Source: Alphaproteobacteria bacterium
GTDB taxonomy: Bacteria > Pseudomonadota > Alphaproteobacteria > Bin95
NCBI GenBank assembly: GCA_965205265.1
Contig: CBDBGH010000003.1
Coordinates: 1,344,001-1,408,000 of the forward strand
DNA: 64,000 bases
Direction of reading: 5' to 3'
Part shown: piece after piece, positions 59,301 through 64,000 of the stretch
Layout of the letters: each line of letters starts with the position of its first letter
Position numbering within the stretch: position 1 is the first letter of the stretch
Notes under the pieces: model-generated
Databases searched by the model: none
Told to the model about the DNA's origin: nothing
Seen by the model: the letters and a program-made list of their open reading frames with translations, nothing else
Made by a program: the position numbers and the translations under genes

Positions 59301-60059
59301 ATGGGACGCCTGGAAGGCAAGACCGCGATCATCACCGGCGCCGGGTCCGGGATCGCCAGGGCAGCCACCGGAATCTTCATTCGCGAGGGCGCGAAGGTGA
59401 TGGTGGCGGAAATCGACGAGGCGGCGGGCGCCGCAGCGGCGGCGGAGACGGGCGCCGCGTTCCACCGCACCGATGTGACGGACGACGCCTCGGCGGCCGC
59501 CTGCGCGGCGGCGGCGATGGCCGAGTTCGGGCGCATCGACATCCTGTTCAACTGCGCCGGCGGGTCGGTGATCGAGGACACGAAAATCGACACGGTCGAT
59601 CTCGGCGTCTGGGACCGCACCATCCCGCTCGACCTCAAGGGGCCCATGCTGATGTGCCGCCACGTCGTGCCGCACATGGTTGCGGGCGGCGGCGGCGCCG
59701 TCGTCAATGTCTCTTCCGTGGTGGCGCTCCGGGGCAACCATCCCGCGCACATCTATTCGGCGGCGAAAGGCGGGCTGATTTCCTTCACGCGCTCGCTCGC
59801 CGGCTCCTATTCGGACCAGGACGTACGCGCCAATGTCATCTGCCCCGGCCTCATCCTGACCGAGCGCGTCCGCGCCCGTTACCGCCAGCCGAACGAGGAG
59901 CGCCCGCGCGAAGGCTCGATCGGCACCTTCGAGCAATATCCGTTCGGCGTCGGCCAGCCGGAGGACATCGCCAATGTCGCGCTTTTCCTCGCTTCGGACG
60001 AGGCGCGCATGGTGAACGGCGCGGTCATCCCGGCAGAGGGCGGGATTTCCCACTATTGA
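59301..60059 (+). CDS. SDR-family oxidoreductase
   Basis: TGAGSGIA, FNCAG, NVSS, YSAAK. Confidence 0.93.
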   Translation: MGRLEGKTAIITGAGSGIARAATGIFIREGAKVMVAEIDEAAGAAAAAETGAAFHRTDVTDDASAAACAAAAMAEFGRIDILFNCAGGSVIEDTKIDTVDLGVWDRTIPLDLKGPMLMCRHVVPHMVAGGGGAVVNVSSVVALRGNHPAHIYSAAKGGLISFTRSLAGSYSDQDVRANVICPGLILTERVRARYRQPNEERPREGSIGTFEQYPFGVGQPEDIANVALFLASDEARMVNGAVIPAEGGISHY

Positions 60060-60089
60060 CGGACGGCGGCAGCGAGAGGAGTGCAGGAT

Positions 60090-60845
60090 ATGGGACGCTT
60101 GGAAGGCAAGATCGCGGTGATTACCGGCGCGGGAACCGGAATCGCCAAAGCGGCCACCGGACTCTTCATTCGCGAGGGCGCGAATGTGATGGTGGCGGAA
60201 ATCGACGAGGCGGCCGGGTCCGCGACGGCGGCGGAGACCGGTGCTTCCTTCCACCGCACCGATGTCACCGACGACGCCTCGGCGGCGGCCTGCGCGGCAG
60301 CGGCGATGGCGGAGTTCGGGCGCATCGACATCCTGTTCAACTGCGCCGGCGGCTCGGTCCCGGAGGACGGCAAGATCGATGAAGTCGATCTCGCTGTCTG
60401 GGACCGCACGATCCCGCTCGATTTGAAGGGCCCGATGCTGATGTGCCGCCATGTCGTGCCGCAGATGATCGCGGGCGGCGGCGGCGCGGTCATCAACATT
60501 TCGTCCGTCGCGGCGCTGCGCGGCTTCGTTCCCAGCCACGTCTATTCGGCGGCGAAAGGCGGTCTGATTTCCTTCACCCGCTCGCTCGCCGGCTCCTATT
60601 CCGACCAGGGCGTGCGCGCCAATGTCATCTGTCCCGGCCTCATCCTGACCGGGCGGATACTGGCGCGCCTGCCGCCCGACCGGGAGCGCGTGAACGAAGG
60701 GCCGTTCGCCGTCTTCAACCGGTATCCCTTCAGCGTCGGGCAGCCGGAGGACATCGCCAATATCGGGCTCTTCCTGGCCTCGGACGAGTCCCGGATGGTC
60801 AACGGCGCGGTCATCCCGGCGGAAGGCGGCGTTTCCCACTACTGA
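60090..60845 (+). CDS. SDR-family oxidoreductase (tandem duplicate)
   Basis: TGAGTGIA, FNCAG, NISS, YSAAK; long stretches identical to the upstream SDR. Confidence 0.93.
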   Translation: MGRLEGKIAVITGAGTGIAKAATGLFIREGANVMVAEIDEAAGSATAAETGASFHRTDVTDDASAAACAAAAMAEFGRIDILFNCAGGSVPEDGKIDEVDLAVWDRTIPLDLKGPMLMCRHVVPQMIAGGGGAVINISSVAALRGFVPSHVYSAAKGGLISFTRSLAGSYSDQGVRANVICPGLILTGRILARLPPDRERVNEGPFAVFNRYPFSVGQPEDIANIGLFLASDESRMVNGAVIPAEGGVSHY

Positions 60846-61354
60846 GCCGCCCGGCCGGCCGTCATCGGCATCAGCAGCCGGAACGGAATCAGCATGGCGA
60901 GCGCGAAGGCGACCTTCCAAAGGAAGTCCCCGATCCCGAGCGTCACCCAGGGCACATCCGTGCCGTAGAAGGCAATCGAGAAGAAGAGCGCCGTATCGAC
61001 GGCGGAGCCGAGCATCGAGGAGACCAGCGGCGCCTGCCACCAGGCCTGGCGCCGCATCCGGTCGAACACGAATACGTCCAGTAGCTGGGCGACCAGAAAG
61101 GCCAGGCCCGAGGCGACTGCGATGCGCGGCGTCGCGAGCACGATGGACAGCGCCACAGCCGCGGCGAACCCGACATAGACGACCCGCCGCGCCGTGGCCG
61201 CGCCGTGCATCCGGTTGGTGAGGTCTGTGACCAGGAAGCAGACAGGGTAGGTGAACGCGCCCCAAGTCAGCCAGTCATTGATCGGGTACTGGACGAGCAC
61301 ATTGGAGAGCGCGACCAGCCCGGCCATGGCGGCCAGCGGCAGGAGAAGGTGCAT
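60839..61354 (-). CDS. queuosine-precursor (VUT/YhhQ-family) transporter
   Basis: SNVLVQYP, TWGAFTYPVCFLVTD, RIAVASGLAFLVAQLLD, DTALFFSIAF. Confidence 0.85.
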   Translation of the reverse strand: MHLLLPLAAMAGLVALSNVLVQYPINDWLTWGAFTYPVCFLVTDLTNRMHGAATARRVVYVGFAAAVALSIVLATPRIAVASGLAFLVAQLLDVFVFDRMRRQAWWQAPLVSSMLGSAVDTALFFSIAFYGTDVPWVTLGIGDFLWKVAFALAMLIPFRLLMPMTAGRAAQ

Positions 61355-61367
61355 GGGCGAAGCGGCC

Positions 61368-62075
61368 TCAGTGCACGTCTTCGGGGCCGAGCATGGCGCG
61401 TTTCAGCTTCTCGAAGGTGAAGCCGGGGCCGCGGCAGACATCCAGCACGATTTTTTCCTTGGCCGCGACCTCGGCCGCCGCCTTCGGCACCTCGCGCGCC
61501 TGGTCGATGGGAATGACCGCTGCACCGTGCCGGTCCGCGTGAACGAGGTCGCCGCTGTTGACGATCATGCCGGCGACGCTCACCTGTCCGCCGAAATCCA
61601 CTGCATGCACATGGGCATGCGCCGGCTTGATCGAACCCGCGATGGCCTGGAAGCCGTCCGCCCAGTCGGGAATGTCGCGGATGCAGCCGTCGGTGACGAC
61701 GCCGAGACAGCCGAGCGCCTTGTGGATGTTGGAGTTCACCTCGCCCCAGAAGGCGCCGAAGCCGGCGCGCGGGCCATCCAGGTCCTGCAACACCACGATC
61801 TGCGGCGACGGGCCGCCATGGGCGACATAGTCGTAATAGGCCACGCGCAGCTTCGTCGCTTCGTCGCCGCCGACGGCGCTCGGGAATTGCGAGCGTATGG
61901 TGCCGGTGCGCGCATAGCCGACGATGGGCGGCAGGTCCGGGAACGGGCAGACCAGCGGCTCGACGGTGAAGCCGGTGTTCAGCCGGCTGCCGGCGACGAC
62001 CTCCAGCGCGTTGCAGATCGTGGGCGTGTCGAGCGCGCGCAGCGCGGCGAGGTCCTCTTCGGTCAGCTTGGACAA
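61368..62075 (-). CDS. RraA/HMG-aldolase family protein
   Basis: DTPTICNALE, VGYART, AFWGEV, GVVTDGCIRD, GDLVHADRHG. Confidence 0.88.
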   Translation of the reverse strand: MSKLTEEDLAALRALDTPTICNALEVVAGSRLNTGFTVEPLVCPFPDLPPIVGYARTGTIRSQFPSAVGGDEATKLRVAYYDYVAHGGPSPQIVVLQDLDGPRAGFGAFWGEVNSNIHKALGCLGVVTDGCIRDIPDWADGFQAIAGSIKPAHAHVHAVDFGGQVSVAGMIVNSGDLVHADRHGAAVIPIDQAREVPKAAAEVAAKEKIVLDVCRGPGFTFEKLKRAMLGPEDVH

Positions 62076-62130
62076 GATTCTCTTCTCCTGACGGGATGAA
62101 CAAGGGGAGCGGCCGCGCCGTCCGGCGGAG

Positions 62131-62160
62131 TGTCATGAAATGTCATGTTTTGTCATGAAC
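62131..62160 (-). repeat. 10-bp-phased CATGAC triplet
   Basis: TGTCATG at 62131, 62141 and 62151 (reverse complement of the 49.7-kb motif). Confidence 0.8.
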
Positions 62161-62228
62161 CCCCATGCAGCGACCTTCGGCGAGCAGCTTACCATGCCGC
62201 TCACGGCATCGGGTGCGGACACGCCCGC

Positions 62229-62981
62229 TTATCGGCCGGTGAACATGGGCTTGCGCTTCTCGCGGAAGGCGCGCCCGCCTTCCTTCTGGTCTTCGCTGCG
62301 GCTGATCGAGAGCAGCTCGCGCCGGGCCAGCGCCTGAAGTTCGGAGGGTCCGCGCGCCACCACCGTATCGCGCACGAACCGCTTGACCGTTCGCAGCACG
62401 AGCGGCGCGCTGTCCCTGAGGATGGTCGCGTAGTCCCTCGCCGCGGCCATCAGCTCGCCTTTCGGCACGGCGCGGTTGACCATGCCGATCTCGGCGGCGC
62501 GTTCTCCGTCGAAATGCTTGCCGGTCATCATGAATTCCATCGCCAGCTTGTGCGGGATGCGCGCCGCCAGCCCGGCGATGAGCCCGCCGCAGAACCCGAT
62601 CTGCGCCTCGGGATAGAAGAAGTCGGCGGTCTCGTCGGCCACCGCGAGGTCGCAGAATTCGACCAGGCAGAAGGCTCCGCCGACGCAGTAGCCGTGGACG
62701 GCGGCGACGATCGGCTTGTCCACCATCACGCCCACGCCCGGCATGCACTCCCAGAGTTCCGGGTCGCGGGGCGGGTCGCGCAGGTCCGCGCCGACCGAAA
62801 AGGCCCGCTCGCCGGCGCCGGTCAGGATCGCGACGCGGTCGTCGCCGTCCTGCAATCGTTCGAAGGCCTGGATGAGTTCGGCGACCAGCCCGTTCGAGAG
62901 CGCATTCATCTTGTCGGGCCGGTTGAGCGTAATCGTTGCGATGCCGTCTTCGGAGCGGTAGTCGATCAGCGGCGCATTCAC
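62229..62981 (-). CDS. enoyl-CoA hydratase/isomerase family protein
   Basis: ITLNRPDKMNAL, AFSVGADL, KPIVAAVHGYCVGG, PEAQIG, AFREKRKP. Confidence 0.92.
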   Translation of the reverse strand: MNAPLIDYRSEDGIATITLNRPDKMNALSNGLVAELIQAFERLQDGDDRVAILTGAGERAFSVGADLRDPPRDPELWECMPGVGVMVDKPIVAAVHGYCVGGAFCLVEFCDLAVADETADFFYPEAQIGFCGGLIAGLAARIPHKLAMEFMMTGKHFDGERAAEIGMVNRAVPKGELMAAARDYATILRDSAPLVLRTVKRFVRDTVVARGPSELQALARRELLSISRSEDQKEGGRAFREKRKPMFTGR

Positions 62982-63045
62982 GGATGCGTTCTCCCGTTTG
63001 CGAATCCGGTATAGGATAGCGCCTGGCCGCAGGGGAGGGCGACTC

Positions 63046-63912
63046 TTGGCCGACCGACCGCTGGTGGAGGCGCTGTTTCACGAGCCGAGTTCGACGGTAA
63101 GCTATATCGTGGCCTGCCCGGAGACCGGCCGGGCCGCGATCGTCGATCCGGTGCTCGACTACGACATCTATTCCGGGCGGACCGAAACGGCTTTCGCCGA
63201 ACGGCTTGTCGAGCGGGTTCGCGAGCGCGGCCTCAGCGTCGAGTGGATCCTCGAAACCCATGTGCATGCCGACCATCTGAGCGCCGGCGCCTTCCTCAAG
63301 CAGACGCTCGGCGGCAGGACGGCCATCGGCGGCCACATCGTCGATGTGCAGGCGGTCTTCAAGGACATCTACAACCTGCCGCCGGAGTTCCTGACGGACG
63401 GCTCGCAGTTCGACCGGCTGTTCGGTGACGAGGAGCGGTTCCGGATCGGGGAGGTGGAAGCGCGGGTGCTGCACACGCCGGGCCACACGCCGGCCTGCGT
63501 CACCTATGTCATCGGCGATGCCGCCTTCACCGGCGACACGGTGTTCATGCCGGATTTCGGCACGGCGCGCTGCGATTTCCCCGGCGGCGACGCGGCGGCG
63601 CTCTACCGCTCCGCGCGGCGCATCCTCGCGCTGCCGCCCGAAACCCGCATCTTCGTCGGGCACGACTACGCGCCGGGCGGGCGGGAGGTCGCGTGGGAGA
63701 CGACGGTGGAAGAGGAGCGCAGGGCGAACCGGCATGTGCGCGACGGCATCGACGAGCAGGCCTTCGTCGCCATGCGCACCGAGCGCGACAAGGTGCTGGA
63801 TGTGCCGGCGCTGCTGTTGCCGTCGATCCAGGTGAACATGCGCGGCGGCGACCTGCCGGAGCCGGAAAGCAACGGCCGCGCCTATCTCAAGATTCCGCTC
63901 AACGCCTTCTGA
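63046..63912 (+). CDS. persulfide dioxygenase-like MBL-fold protein (ETHE1/Blh type)
   Basis: AAIVDPVLDYD, ETHVHADHLS, TPGHTPAC, GTARCDFPGG, GHDY, YLKIPLN. Confidence 0.9.
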   Translation: MADRPLVEALFHEPSSTVSYIVACPETGRAAIVDPVLDYDIYSGRTETAFAERLVERVRERGLSVEWILETHVHADHLSAGAFLKQTLGGRTAIGGHIVDVQAVFKDIYNLPPEFLTDGSQFDRLFGDEERFRIGEVEARVLHTPGHTPACVTYVIGDAAFTGDTVFMPDFGTARCDFPGGDAAALYRSARRILALPPETRIFVGHDYAPGGREVAWETTVEEERRANRHVRDGIDEQAFVAMRTERDKVLDVPALLLPSIQVNMRGGDLPEPESNGRAYLKIPLNAF

Positions 63913-63915
63913 ACC

Positions 63916-64000
63916 ATGACCGACCTGCTGGACGCCACGGGCCTGCGCTGTCCGATTCCCGTCCTGCGGGCCCGCAAGCGCCTCCGCACGATGGCGCCCG
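63916..64000 (+). CDS. tusA: TusA-family sulfurtransferase (3'-truncated by window edge)
   Basis: MTDLLDATGLRCPIPVLRARK (CPxP motif). Confidence 0.85.
   Translation, partial: MTDLLDATGLRCPIPVLRARKRLRTMAP

Overview
High-GC alphaproteobacterial chromosome segment (Rhodospirillales-like gene order). Core genes (uvrC, ubiK/lgt/pgeF, uvrA, ssb-gyrA-coaD-tRNA-Lys, tRNA-Gln, ppx-rlmE-guaB, yciB) are interspersed with catabolic and redox genes: four luciferase-like monooxygenases, a Mo-hydroxylase, a Rieske dioxygenase, tandem SDRs, a TRAP transporter and a Zn-type uptake operon. There are four toxin-antitoxin loci and several nested CGTC-type REP/MITE clusters. The main hidden signal, which the ORF track splits, is two genes with an in-frame TGA in the motif D-U-G-S-C-T-S. 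Each TGA is followed after exactly 11 nt by a 19-nt hairpin, and the two hairpins covary (bacterial SECIS geometry), so these are probable UGSC-type selenoproteins. They belong to a module present at three loci. It combines four paralogues of an uncharacterised ~350-aa 'W(T/S)DGLP' domain with a UGSC domain, a CxxC thioredoxin domain and a TrxB-like reductase, and looks like an undescribed selenium/thiol-dependent reductase system. Other points of note: a ~700-nt structured, promoter-fronted region between convergent genes; 10-bp-phased CATGAC arrays; and two genes that appear to need non-canonical (CTG, ATC) start codons. All calls come from reading the sequence; no searches were run.
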